NCBI GenBank assembly: GCA_964637115.1
Contig: CAZWVL010000003.1
Location: 1 to 64,000, forward strand
Origin: an uncultured Methanosarcinales archaeon
GTDB lineage: Archaea > Nanobdellota > Nanobdellia > Woesearchaeales > ARS49
DNA length: 64,000 nucleotides
Direction of reading: 5' to 3'
The notes beneath the pieces were generated by a model that was not told the origin of the DNA, did no database searches, and worked only from the letters and a program-made list of their open reading frames with translations. Position 1 is the stretch's first letter. The number at the start of each line of letters is the position of its first letter. The position numbers were made by a program, and so were the translations under genes. Below, piece by piece: positions 8,187 through 16,972 of the stretch.

Positions 8187-8695
8187 GGTATTCTGCGCAA
8201 ATGCTTAATCCGGTAATCTTCCTTTGGCACTTCTTTCAGCCTTTCGACTTCAATCGGCTTGGGCTTCTCGCGTTCAAACAAGCCAACACTTTTTGTTTCA
8301 TCCTTAATCTTGCTTTCCAAAGAAGATAATTCTCCCTCATCTGCGGGTTTTGGCTGCCAGCCAATCTGCAAATTATCATTTTCAAAACGCGGAATAACGT
8401 TCAACATTGCGTGAGTATTCTTCTGGCCAGCAGGTGGGCCGTTCTGGATAAGAAGATTTGTGCCCTGCGCGCCCAAAGCTTCAAACACTGCAACACCAAT
8501 CTTGTTTGCAACCTTGAACATATCTCCAACAACAAAATCAGGAACAGCTTCAATAATGGGCGAATGATCTTTTGGAATCACAACTATGTGGCCTGGAGCG
8601 ACCGGCTCTGGAGAAAGCATGGCGAAAATTTTTTCGTCCTCAAAAAGCACATTGATTTTTTTCTGAGCCAGCTGGCAGAAAGTGCAATCGCTCAT
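8183..8695 (-). CDS. HIT-family protein, degenerate histidine triad
   Basis: CTFC Zn site, P..PGHIVVIPKDH, AGQKNTHAMLNVIPR. Confidence 0.88.
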   Translation of the reverse strand: MSDCTFCQLAQKKINVLFEDEKIFAMLSPEPVAPGHIVVIPKDHSPIIEAVPDFVVGDMFKVANKIGVAVFEALGAQGTNLLIQNGPPAGQKNTHAMLNVIPRFENDNLQIGWQPKPADEGELSSLESKIKDETKSVGLFEREKPKPIEVERLKEVPKEDYRIKHLRRIP

Positions 8696-9309
8696 TTTCC
8701 ACCTGTCAAAAACTCAGTAATTTCGTCAAGCTTTGATGTTTTTTGTGCCGGTTCCTTTGGTTTCTCTTCCTTTTTCTCTATTTTTGGCGCAGGTAGCGCC
8801 GACTTCGTCGGCTGGTCTGCGCTCGCTCCTGCTCGCGCAGGCTTAACTTCCACTTTCTTTAGAGGCTCCTTGCCAAACTGTTTTCCGATAGCCGATGCAA
8901 GCTTGTCAAAGACAGCATTAGAAGTTTTCTGATCAATCTTCACAACAGGCGGCTGCAACGCAATATTATCATCAGCACTTCTTGGAATAACGTGAAGCAA
9001 GAAATGAGGCGCTCGCTGGCCGGCGGCAACGCCATTAGCAATAAAAATTGATGTGCCTTCAACTTTCAGGGCGCGGATCAAAGCATGGCTTAACTGCTTT
9101 CCAACCATTCCAAGATGCGCAACAAGGTCATCATTCATCTGAGGCATAATGGCAACGTGCTCTTTCGGAATGACGAGAACGTGTCCGGAAGCTCCGGGAT
9201 TAATGTCGAGCACGGCAGCTACTTTGTCATCCTCATACACCTTCTTTGCAGGAATCTTGCCAGAAGCGATATGGCAGAAAACACACTGCTGTTGCTCTTC
9301 GTCGGGCAT
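8692..9309 (-). CDS. HIT-family protein, degenerate triad, with K/P/A-rich tail
   Basis: CVFC..IASGKIP..KVYEDD...LDINP..GHVLVIPKEH, AGQRAPHFLLHVIPR. Confidence 0.9.
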   Translation of the reverse strand: MPDEEQQQCVFCHIASGKIPAKKVYEDDKVAAVLDINPGASGHVLVIPKEHVAIMPQMNDDLVAHLGMVGKQLSHALIRALKVEGTSIFIANGVAAGQRAPHFLLHVIPRSADDNIALQPPVVKIDQKTSNAVFDKLASAIGKQFGKEPLKKVEVKPARAGASADQPTKSALPAPKIEKKEEKPKEPAQKTSKLDEITEFLTGGK

Positions 9310-9394
9310 ACCATCTGCGAGATGGCTTATCTATTAAAAAGTTTGTACCAAAAACTATATAAATGCAATACGGCAATTTAAACTAAAAAAGAGG

Positions 9395-9443
9395 CATCGC
9401 TGAATGCGATTCAGCGGGTCTTCTTTTTTCGCGAAAAAAAGAA
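9395..9443. repeat. Two adjacent palindromes in the divergent HIT/pilin intergenic region; the first is a CATC-tagged variant
   Basis: CATC-GCTGAAT-gcg-ATTCAGC-GGG (9395-9418) and TTCTTTTTT-CGCG-AAAAAAAGAA (9421-9443). Confidence 0.55.
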
Positions 9444-9450
9444 GGTGATC

Positions 9451-9945
9451 ATGAGCTTATTTGATAATCGCAGAGGAATAACTCCACTTGTAGCAACAAT
9501 CCTTCTCGTGGCATTCTCAGTAGGCTTAGGAGCATTAGTTATGAGCTGGGGAGAAGATTACATAGAGCAAAAAGCAGAATTCGTCCAAGGGACAGCAGAA
9601 GTAAAATCGGGCTGTGACACAGCAACTATCAGCATAATCAAAATTAGCGGGCAGCAACAGGCGTGTTATGGACCGGATGGCATTCAATTATGGATTGACA
9701 ATGGACCAGACCAAGATCTTTTCAACATTCACGCACGCATTGCAGGAAATAACGGGATCGAAGTCAAAGAAAGCATTCTAACACAACCGCTTGTAAAATC
9801 AAACGCGGTGAAAGTAACCGTGCCTTTTGACAAAGCAATAGCGCCAATTCTGCAGATAAAACTGACACCAAAAATTTGGACAGGCTCAGCAGCAGTAACG
9901 TGCGCACAAAGCGCGGTTACGTTAGAAAGACTACAAGCCTGTTAA
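9451..9945 (+). CDS. Archaeal type IV pilin-like protein
   Basis: Class III signal peptide RRG|ITPLVATILLVAFSVGLGALVMSWG. Confidence 0.88.
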   Translation: MSLFDNRRGITPLVATILLVAFSVGLGALVMSWGEDYIEQKAEFVQGTAEVKSGCDTATISIIKISGQQQACYGPDGIQLWIDNGPDQDLFNIHARIAGNNGIEVKESILTQPLVKSNAVKVTVPFDKAIAPILQIKLTPKIWTGSAAVTCAQSAVTLERLQAC

Positions 9946-10574
9946 GTAAAAAGCGCCTTAAAATCGCCAAATACCCATTCGTAAAATTTCTGGGATGACT
10001 TTCTTCCAGTAAACTGATCAACAAGCCAGTTTTGCATCTGAGGAGCAGTTGTTTTTGGTTGGACGAACAAAACAACAGCGTTTCTTTGCTCATTGCAGAA
10101 GTTAATTGTGCAAAAGTCTCCCTCAACAAATTTGTTTGTCAGGGAAAGCACGTTATTTTCGCTTTCCATAATTTCGAACGGGGCAGTCAAGCTAACATCG
10201 TGGTTGAAAGTTGCACTGTCTTTTACAACAGTAAAGCGGGTGCCGATTTTGTTTTTGACAAGATGATTATCCTCCAAATAGATATTGGTTGAATTTCGCA
10301 CATAGAAACCCGTGTTGTAGTTGACAATGCGGCATTTGGAAACAGTAATATTTGATGCATGCTCGATAGAGATGCCCTTGCCGCCTTTCCAACTCTTCAG
10401 CACTGCACCATTGCAGTCAAGTTCGACATTTTCTCCAATGATTGAAATTCCTTTATCTAAATAATACACATCTGTGCATAATTGGACAGACTGATGTATT
10501 ACTGTGCCGTCTCTTGGCACTACACACCCCAGCACCACTGGCGCCAGCAGCAAAAACACTACGACCCATTTCAT
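9942..10574 (-). CDS. Secreted NosD/pectin-lyase-like right-handed beta-helix protein
   Basis: Signal peptide, LDCNGAVL, G(I/F)xI/V...NITV..C.I.NY..G repeats; paralog of 10640-11446. Confidence 0.75.
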   Translation of the reverse strand: MKWVVVFLLLAPVVLGCVVPRDGTVIHQSVQLCTDVYYLDKGISIIGENVELDCNGAVLKSWKGGKGISIEHASNITVSKCRIVNYNTGFYVRNSTNIYLEDNHLVKNKIGTRFTVVKDSATFNHDVSLTAPFEIMESENNVLSLTNKFVEGDFCTINFCNEQRNAVVLFVQPKTTAPQMQNWLVDQFTGRKSSQKFYEWVFGDFKALFT

Positions 10575-10629
10575 CTCTTTGTCAAAAATTTTTTAAAATC
10601 ATATTATGATACCCAAAATTTTTGATCAT

Positions 10630-10653
10630 CATCGGAAATTCACAATTTCCGAG
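10630..10653 (+). repeat. CATC...GAG-tagged palindrome overlapping a gene 3' end
   Basis: CATCGGAAATT-cac-AATTTCCGAG; same arms as 40598-40621. Confidence 0.75.
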
Positions 10654-11446
10654 ATTTTTTCACAACAACGATTATCGCTATGATTGCAATGATTGCGGCA
10701 AAAACATAAATGAAAATCCAAATCGGGGCAGACGTCTTTTTAACGACAGCCGTGGCATTATCCTGCGCCTGAATTTCAACTTCCTTCTTAGTCTGCTCTA
10801 TAATTTGCTCAACCTTCTCTGTTGCGTTCACTTTTTCAACAACCGGGGCGGGAGTCGGCTTTGCACAGTCAGCGTCAGTTTGAGGCGAGCATTTGCCACT
10901 GCAGTAAGAGTCGCCAGCTTCACACGGATTCATATCACGGAACTCATTGCACGCGTTAACCTCACAAAAAGCGCGCTCGATTTCCTTATTTCCAATAATT
11001 ACGACATTGTACTTGCTGTTGATGGCTGAAACAGCAAATTGAAAGCTCTTGTCATTATTGTCGCGAATTGTATTTTCGTAAGAATCAAGCATTCTGATCC
11101 CAATGCGGTTTTTTAGAATGGCATTATTCTCGATTAGAGAATTGGTGACGTTTTTCAGATAAATTCCTTGCGTGAATGTAAGAATATTACAGTTCTTTAT
11201 TGTGATATGGTCAACATTTTCTGCTTTGATGCCAATTTCGCTTTCGCCAACAACACCGCGCAAGACAGCAGTGCCGCAGTCTAATGTAACGTCATTTGCA
11301 CCTACTGTGATTCCATTTGGAACATCATACGTGCTGGAGCAGAAAAGAATGTTTTCCTTTATGGTCATACCGTCAGTCGGCTCGACGCATTCCGCGGCAG
11401 CTATAGGGAGCAATAGAAGTAATACTAAAATGACCTCTTTTTTCAT
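10640..11446 (-). CDS. Membrane-anchored NosD/beta-helix surface protein
   Basis: Signal peptide, LDCGTAVL, GIKAENVDHITIKNC, Cys-rich linker, C-terminal TM followed by KKSRK. Confidence 0.78.
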   Translation of the reverse strand: MKKEVILVLLLLLPIAAAECVEPTDGMTIKENILFCSSTYDVPNGITVGANDVTLDCGTAVLRGVVGESEIGIKAENVDHITIKNCNILTFTQGIYLKNVTNSLIENNAILKNRIGIRMLDSYENTIRDNNDKSFQFAVSAINSKYNVVIIGNKEIERAFCEVNACNEFRDMNPCEAGDSYCSGKCSPQTDADCAKPTPAPVVEKVNATEKVEQIIEQTKKEVEIQAQDNATAVVKKTSAPIWIFIYVFAAIIAIIAIIVVVKKSRKL

Positions 11447-11481
11447 AACTTGCATAAACCTCCGCGAGTTAAAAACATTTT

Positions 11482-12405
11482 CTATTCTACAAAACGTACA
11501 TCATCAACAATTCCGTCAGCATTCCTGTCAAGACCTTCAACTACCCTGGCAGGAATCTTGGCATCGACAGAATTGCCCTTGGCCAGCTCGCTGAAATATT
11601 TGATGAATGCCAAAGTAACTGCGCGAGTTCCGGCATATCTTTTGCCAGCAACAACAAGAATCCACTTTTTGGGATTAAAAGGATTCTTGGCTTTCACGAT
11701 AATGCCGCACTCGTCAGCGTGATAGACTTTATTTGAAATGTTGCTCTTAATGGCCCAGTTGGCATCCTTGTCAAACTTTAAAGGCAATTTATCGTTAACT
11801 TGCTGAGTAATGGTATTAACGACAGGGCCACCGATAAGTACGAGGTTTTTTTGCAAGTCTTCAGAACGAACTTCAGTGTCCAAGCGGACGCTTAAATCAT
11901 CCAAATGAGTGAGAAAAGTGCCCAGGAAGAGGGCGAGATCAATGCCATAATAGCCGTCTCTTGAACGAGTCATTTCAGGACCGTGAGGATCAGGAGAGCC
12001 CACTATAATTACACCGTTAAATTCATTGTTTTCAATTATTGGCGAGAGAAACTCATCAGGCCTAGTCTTGATGCCGGGAACTTTGTGAGCTTCTGAGAAT
12101 TCTTTCAGTGCAAAAACGAAAGCAGGGGCGGTAGGAGCATAGATGTTGGCCATGGTGCCGTGCACGTCCTGTTTTTTAGTGACTTCTACAAGATTGGCTT
12201 TTTCGAGCTTGCGAATATGATAATAGACCTTCTGTTCATGCACTTTCAAGCGCTTGGCAAGCTCTCGGGGGTACGTGGGAGATGAAGCGAGTTCTTTGAG
12301 TATCTTTTGAGCTAATGCAGAGCTGGCTGCACGGATCTGCCTCTCTGAGAAAGGTTTTGCCGGCAGGCTTACAAGAGCCTGTTTCTGGTCTTCGATGACT
12401 AGCAT
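11482..12405 (-). CDS. ArsR-like winged-HTH regulator fused to an S-layer-type alpha/beta domain
   Basis: ILKEL...YPRELAKRL.VHEQKVYYHIRKLEKANLVEV; C-terminal NLVLIGGPVVN and ILVVAG....GT motifs. Confidence 0.7.
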   Translation of the reverse strand: MLVIEDQKQALVSLPAKPFSERQIRAASSALAQKILKELASSPTYPRELAKRLKVHEQKVYYHIRKLEKANLVEVTKKQDVHGTMANIYAPTAPAFVFALKEFSEAHKVPGIKTRPDEFLSPIIENNEFNGVIIVGSPDPHGPEMTRSRDGYYGIDLALFLGTFLTHLDDLSVRLDTEVRSEDLQKNLVLIGGPVVNTITQQVNDKLPLKFDKDANWAIKSNISNKVYHADECGIIVKAKNPFNPKKWILVVAGKRYAGTRAVTLAFIKYFSELAKGNSVDAKIPARVVEGLDRNADGIVDDVRFVE

Positions 12406-12516
12406 AGTGTTATAATATTTTTATAATAGTATTACAAATATTTTAATAACCTTTATATATAAGCTTTTCGTTTACTTGCAGATGGAAGACACATATGAAG
12501 AGGCGGGTTGTTTCTA

Positions 12517-14253
12517 ATGTGCGGAATACTTGGTTATTTAGGACTACGAAACGGCACCCCCATAGTGCACGAAGGCCTAAAAGCGCTTGCCTACAGAGGC
12601 TATGACAGCTGGGGAATAGCAGTACATTCTGACAGTCACGTAACAATCCAGAAAGGCATAGGCGACATTTCAAAAACAGAACCAGTAGCACTGCACAGCA
12701 ACAGGGTAATTGGTCATACGCGCTGGGCAACACATGGCGGAGTAACGGAAGCTAACGCGCACCCGCACGCAAACATGGACAAAACCATTTCAGTTGTTCA
12801 CAACGGAATAATCGAAAATTATGATGAGTTGAGAGCGGAGTTGCAAAAAAACGGCTATGTTTTTGCTAGCCAGACAGACACTGAAGTAATACCACAACTC
12901 ATTGACTTTTACGTGCGACAGGGAAAAAACTTCACAGATGCATTCAAGGCAACGCTTGGAAAACTGGAAGGCAGTTATGCAATCCTTGCAACGCACGCAA
13001 ATGAGTCTGGAATATTGTTTGCGCGAAACGGAAGCCCGCTAGTTTTAGGACTTGGACAAAATGAGTATTTTGTCAGCTCAGACATTCCAAGCTTCTTGTC
13101 ACATACCAAAACCGTGGTGCACCTCGAGGATGGAGATTACGGTTCAATAACCAATAATGTAGAAATTTACAACAACGAGAAGAAAGTGGACAGGCAGCCA
13201 ACCACCGCACACTGGGATGTGGAAGTTGCAAAAAAAGGAAACTATCCGCACTTTATGATAAAGGAAGTCAATGAACAGCCATTGACCATCAGAAAAGCAT
13301 TGAACCAGCCAAAAGAACTCATCAAACAAACAGCATTACTGCTCCAGAACGCCTCAACTGTGTTTCTGGTAGGCTGTGGCACAAGCTTCAACGTTTGTGC
13401 CACTGCAGCCTACCAGTTCTCAAAAGCAGGAAAGCAAACAATTCCTGTACTTGGAAGCGAATTTTCCCAACAGATACCATTTATCGACAAGAAAACAGCA
13501 GTTATTGCAGTAAGTCAGAGTGGAGAGACGGCGGACATTATTGATGTCGTGAAAGCTTCCAGGCAAAAAGGAGCTGTAGTGATTGGCATTTGCAACGTGC
13601 CCAGCTCGACGCTTGCAAGAATGGCGGATATTGTCATACCAATGAACTGCGGACCAGAACTTTCTGTAATTAGCACGAAAACAACCACTGCTCCACTGTC
13701 TATACTTTTCATGCTGGCATTTGCGCTTCGGGGCAAAGACACCTCCGTCTTAACCGAGGCAGCAGATGCGGCATTACACGTTCTCAAGCAGCACCAGCAG
13801 ACAATGCCGGAACTGGCACAGAAAATTGCGAATGTGCAAAGCATGTTTACAATTGGACGTGGAACAATGTCGCCAATAGCACGCGAAGCAGCACTTAAGA
13901 TAAAGGAAGTTTCATACATCCACGCAGAAGGAATGCCGGCAGGAGAATTAAAACACGGCAGCATAGCCTTAATTGAACAAGGAATGCCGGTCATTGTGTT
14001 TGCAGACGATGAAACAAGAGCTTTGACAACATCAAATGCGATGGAAGTCAAAGCGCGCGGAGCATTTGTAATTGGCGTTGACAGCAAACCAAGCCCAGCA
14101 TACGATTATTACATACAAATTCCAGCACTTGATGACGCGACGGCACTACTTGCATTATTGCCGATACAATTATTGTCATACTATTTGGCAATCGAAAGAA
14201 GATGTGATCCGGACAAGCCGAGAAATTTGGCGAAAAGTGTGACGGTCAGATGA
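12517..14253 (+). CDS. glmS: Glutamine-fructose-6-phosphate aminotransferase (isomerizing)
   Basis: N-terminal MCGI, YRGYDS.G, GHTRWATHG, HNGIIEN, SQSGETAD, ELKHG, PRNLAKSVT. Confidence 0.96.
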   Translation: MCGILGYLGLRNGTPIVHEGLKALAYRGYDSWGIAVHSDSHVTIQKGIGDISKTEPVALHSNRVIGHTRWATHGGVTEANAHPHANMDKTISVVHNGIIENYDELRAELQKNGYVFASQTDTEVIPQLIDFYVRQGKNFTDAFKATLGKLEGSYAILATHANESGILFARNGSPLVLGLGQNEYFVSSDIPSFLSHTKTVVHLEDGDYGSITNNVEIYNNEKKVDRQPTTAHWDVEVAKKGNYPHFMIKEVNEQPLTIRKALNQPKELIKQTALLLQNASTVFLVGCGTSFNVCATAAYQFSKAGKQTIPVLGSEFSQQIPFIDKKTAVIAVSQSGETADIIDVVKASRQKGAVVIGICNVPSSTLARMADIVIPMNCGPELSVISTKTTTAPLSILFMLAFALRGKDTSVLTEAADAALHVLKQHQQTMPELAQKIANVQSMFTIGRGTMSPIAREAALKIKEVSYIHAEGMPAGELKHGSIALIEQGMPVIVFADDETRALTTSNAMEVKARGAFVIGVDSKPSPAYDYYIQIPALDDATALLALLPIQLLSYYLAIERRCDPDKPRNLAKSVTVR

Positions 14254-14304
14254 GCATAGAAAAGCTTATTTAACACAACTTCTAATCATGTGCTGGGTGG
14301 AAAA

Positions 14305-14952
14305 ATGCTAGAGCTTTATCTAATCAGGCACGCAGAAAGCGAAATAAACTATGATAAAACTCAGATAGGAGGAAGATCAAATCATGTTCAATTAACTGAA
14401 ACAGGCAGAGAACAAGCAAGATTACTCGCACAAAGATTGTTGAAAGAAGGAATTCAGTTTGACGAAACTTATACATCACCGGCAATAAGAGCAATTGATA
14501 CTGCAAAAATAGTCTGTTCAACTATTGGCGGATTGGACAAAATCGTAAAACGCGAAGACATCCAAGAACTGTCCGAAGGAGACTGGGAAGGCAAGCCACG
14601 GATTGAAATACATACAGAAGAAACTCTGGCACGAATAAATTCTAACAACTGGGAATTCCAGCCACCAAACGGAGAATCTCAAAGGCAAGTAGAAGAGAGA
14701 ATGTATGGATTTGTAGAAAGCTTAATGACAAAAGATGGCAAAATTGGAGTATTTGGACACGGCATGTCATTCAAATGCTTGCTAAGAGGCATTATGGGAT
14801 TTAGTCCAAGCATAACATACAAAATAGCCATAGATAAAACATCCATAACCAGGCTAAAATACGATAAACAAGGATGGCATTTGCTGTGCGTCAACGACAC
14901 GGCACATTTATTCGGCAGAGAAAAGATTTCTGATGACAAATACGGAAAATAA
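14305..14952 (+). CDS. Histidine phosphatase family protein
   Basis: LYLIRHAES, YTSP..RA..TA, E...GDWEG, NGES, FGHG. Confidence 0.9.
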   Translation: MLELYLIRHAESEINYDKTQIGGRSNHVQLTETGREQARLLAQRLLKEGIQFDETYTSPAIRAIDTAKIVCSTIGGLDKIVKREDIQELSEGDWEGKPRIEIHTEETLARINSNNWEFQPPNGESQRQVEERMYGFVESLMTKDGKIGVFGHGMSFKCLLRGIMGFSPSITYKIAIDKTSITRLKYDKQGWHLLCVNDTAHLFGREKISDDKYGK

Positions 14953-15015
14953 ATCCGTAAGATTTCCAACATTCTCGACGATGGATTAATTAAGGAGTTC
15001 ATCCTTACTAGTTTT

Positions 15016-15309
15016 ATGACAAAAGAGCTGACCCGAGAACAATTTGAATTTCGCGATAAGATATATAGTGTCATAATCTGGACTGGTCTGGCGTTAATAC
15101 TATTATGGTACATATTGAAATCTGTTGGCGTAATTAGTACGCCATTATGGATAGAACTACTTCCTGTGGGAATAGCAGTTTTCACAGCGGGAGTATTTGT
15201 CCAACAAATACGCACTGATATCAGAGACCTGCGCACTGATGTCAAAGGGCTTAAAATACGTGTGGGCCATCTCGAAAAAGACATGCACTACGTGAAAGCG
15301 CAGATGTAA
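15016..15309 (+). CDS. Small two-TM protein with coiled-coil tail
   Basis: Two hydrophobic segments followed by heptad IRTDIRDLRTDVKGLK. Confidence 0.7.
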   Translation: MTKELTREQFEFRDKIYSVIIWTGLALILLWYILKSVGVISTPLWIELLPVGIAVFTAGVFVQQIRTDIRDLRTDVKGLKIRVGHLEKDMHYVKAQM

Positions 15310-15633
15310 TTCTAAAACCCTTGCAGAAGGTAGGCAATTTACGACTGTCCGAAAAGAGCGAATTTCTGGGCATTTCTTATCAGCGCACTCGTCATTCAAA
15401 CATTGTGGTAGCCGCACGAAACCAGAAATGGTTATGATTATCTTACATACTGTCAACCTTTTTTGAAGCCCTTGCCGCACATTTCTTCAAACGTTTTTCC
15501 CTCTGGGATAACGTCACACATGACAAAATCACATTGATATTTTTCCGCGCTCTCGCAGGCTTCTTTTGTTGGATAGGATAGTGGCGCTTGTTTCAATTAC
15601 ACAGTTGTTTGGTTTAAAGAGAACTAACGGGTT

Positions 15634-15795
15634 TCACGCAGTTGACCCTTTTGGTCCGTTTTTATGTTTTGACATGCTGCTTCCTTTGCTGCGGAAGTAT
15701 TGGTCCAAGTCTTGTTTGCAGGGTATGCACATGCGGACGTGACTTTTAATAACTCCTTTCTTTTTCCAGCGGTGGCATTTTGGACAGGTACCCAT
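15634..15795 (-). CDS. Small basic CxxC...CxxC zinc-binding protein (53 aa), not in ORF track
   Basis: Hand translation MGTCPKCHRWKKKGVIKSHVRMCIPCKQDLDQYFRSKGSSMSKHKNGPKGSTA*. Confidence 0.55.
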   Translation of the reverse strand: MGTCPKCHRWKKKGVIKSHVRMCIPCKQDLDQYFRSKGSSMSKHKNGPKGSTA

Positions 15796-15946
15796 GGGTG
15801 ATGAGGATCTATATCCCTTTAATAGGCTTTCGAAAAGAAGTATAATGCCGTAAAAAGTCCGTGCATTGCTCTTTAAAAACTTAGTCTCACCTTTTCAGAT
15901 GGTTCTTTCGGATAGCTATTTAAATGACCTTTTGAATATTGGCTTT

Positions 15947-16720
15947 ATGCAAATAACTCTCAATCTCAAAAAGAAACTCGAACAATCAGCAAACGAGTAT
16001 TTTGAGAAAGCGAAAAAATCGCGCAAGAAAGCTGAAGGAGCAAGAGATATAGTTCTAAAGTTCACCAGAGAGCTGGAAGAATTAGAGAGAAAACAACAGA
16101 TAGTGCAGCAGAAAGAAACAGAGAAAAAACAGAAAGCGCCGCAGCAATGGTATGAGAAGTTCAGATGGTTCATAAGTTCTGAAGGATTCCTGTGCATAGG
16201 AGGAAGAGATGCGACTTCAAACGAAGTTGTTATCAAAAAGCATACTGATAAAGATGACATTGTCTTTCACACAGAAGCGCCAGGAAGCCCATTCTTTGTC
16301 ATAAAGACGGAAGGAAAGAAGCCAACAGACCTGACAATGCAGGAAGTGGCAGATGCAACTGCCTTTTTTTCAAAAGCCTGGAAAATTGGAGTCAGTACGT
16401 CAGAAGTGTTTGCAGTGAAACCAGACCAAGTCAGCAAACAGGCAGAATCAGGAGAGTACATGCCAAAAGGAGCATTCATGATAAGAGGCAAAAGAAATTT
16501 CTATCAAGGCAAGATGGTAGTAGCAGTTGGAAAACTTGAGGACGGAAGAGTAATGAGCGGATCGGAAAATGCAGTTAAAACGCACTGCAAAGAATATGCA
16601 ATTGTGCTGCAGGGAAGAGACAAGCCAAGCGACTGTGCAAAGAAAATTGCAAGAAAGATTAAGGCAGAAATAGATGACGTATTAAGGGTATTGCCGGCGG
16701 GAACATGTCAAGTAAAGTAA
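15947..16720 (+). CDS. NFACT RNA-binding domain protein (short Rqc2/FbpA-like)
   Basis: NA..YFEKAKK..KK coiled coil; WYEKFRWFISSEGFLCIGGRDA.SNE; VFH....GSPF; KQAESGEYMPKGAFMIRG. Confidence 0.88.
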   Translation: MQITLNLKKKLEQSANEYFEKAKKSRKKAEGARDIVLKFTRELEELERKQQIVQQKETEKKQKAPQQWYEKFRWFISSEGFLCIGGRDATSNEVVIKKHTDKDDIVFHTEAPGSPFFVIKTEGKKPTDLTMQEVADATAFFSKAWKIGVSTSEVFAVKPDQVSKQAESGEYMPKGAFMIRGKRNFYQGKMVVAVGKLEDGRVMSGSENAVKTHCKEYAIVLQGRDKPSDCAKKIARKIKAEIDDVLRVLPAGTCQVK

Positions 16721-16950
16721 ACCATCACGCATTGGATCCTGCAATAAGAATAGGAAAAGCAGGCATAACAGAGAATGTGGTAAAGCAAGTAATTCTATTG
16801 CTGAAGAAGAAAAAAGTCATTAAGGTCAAGTTTCTGGCAAGCGCGATTAAAGTTGACAAAAAAGAACTAGTGAAAGAATTGGTGGAAAGAACGCGTGCAA
16901 GAGTTATTCATAAGGTAGGATTTATAGTAGTATTAGAAAGAGTTAAATAA
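16705..16950 (+). CDS. YhbY/CRM-domain RNA-binding protein
   Basis: HALDPAIRIGKAGITENVVKQ...KKK.IKVKFL ... KVG...VL. Confidence 0.85.
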   Translation: MSSKVNHHALDPAIRIGKAGITENVVKQVILLLKKKKVIKVKFLASAIKVDKKELVKELVERTRARVIHKVGFIVVLERVK

Positions 16951-16972
16951 GCCTTTCTTTTAAAAGAGAACA

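Noticed and set aside
12406-12516. glmS ribozyme
   Set aside because: The leader is short and AT-rich, with no glmS ribozyme core
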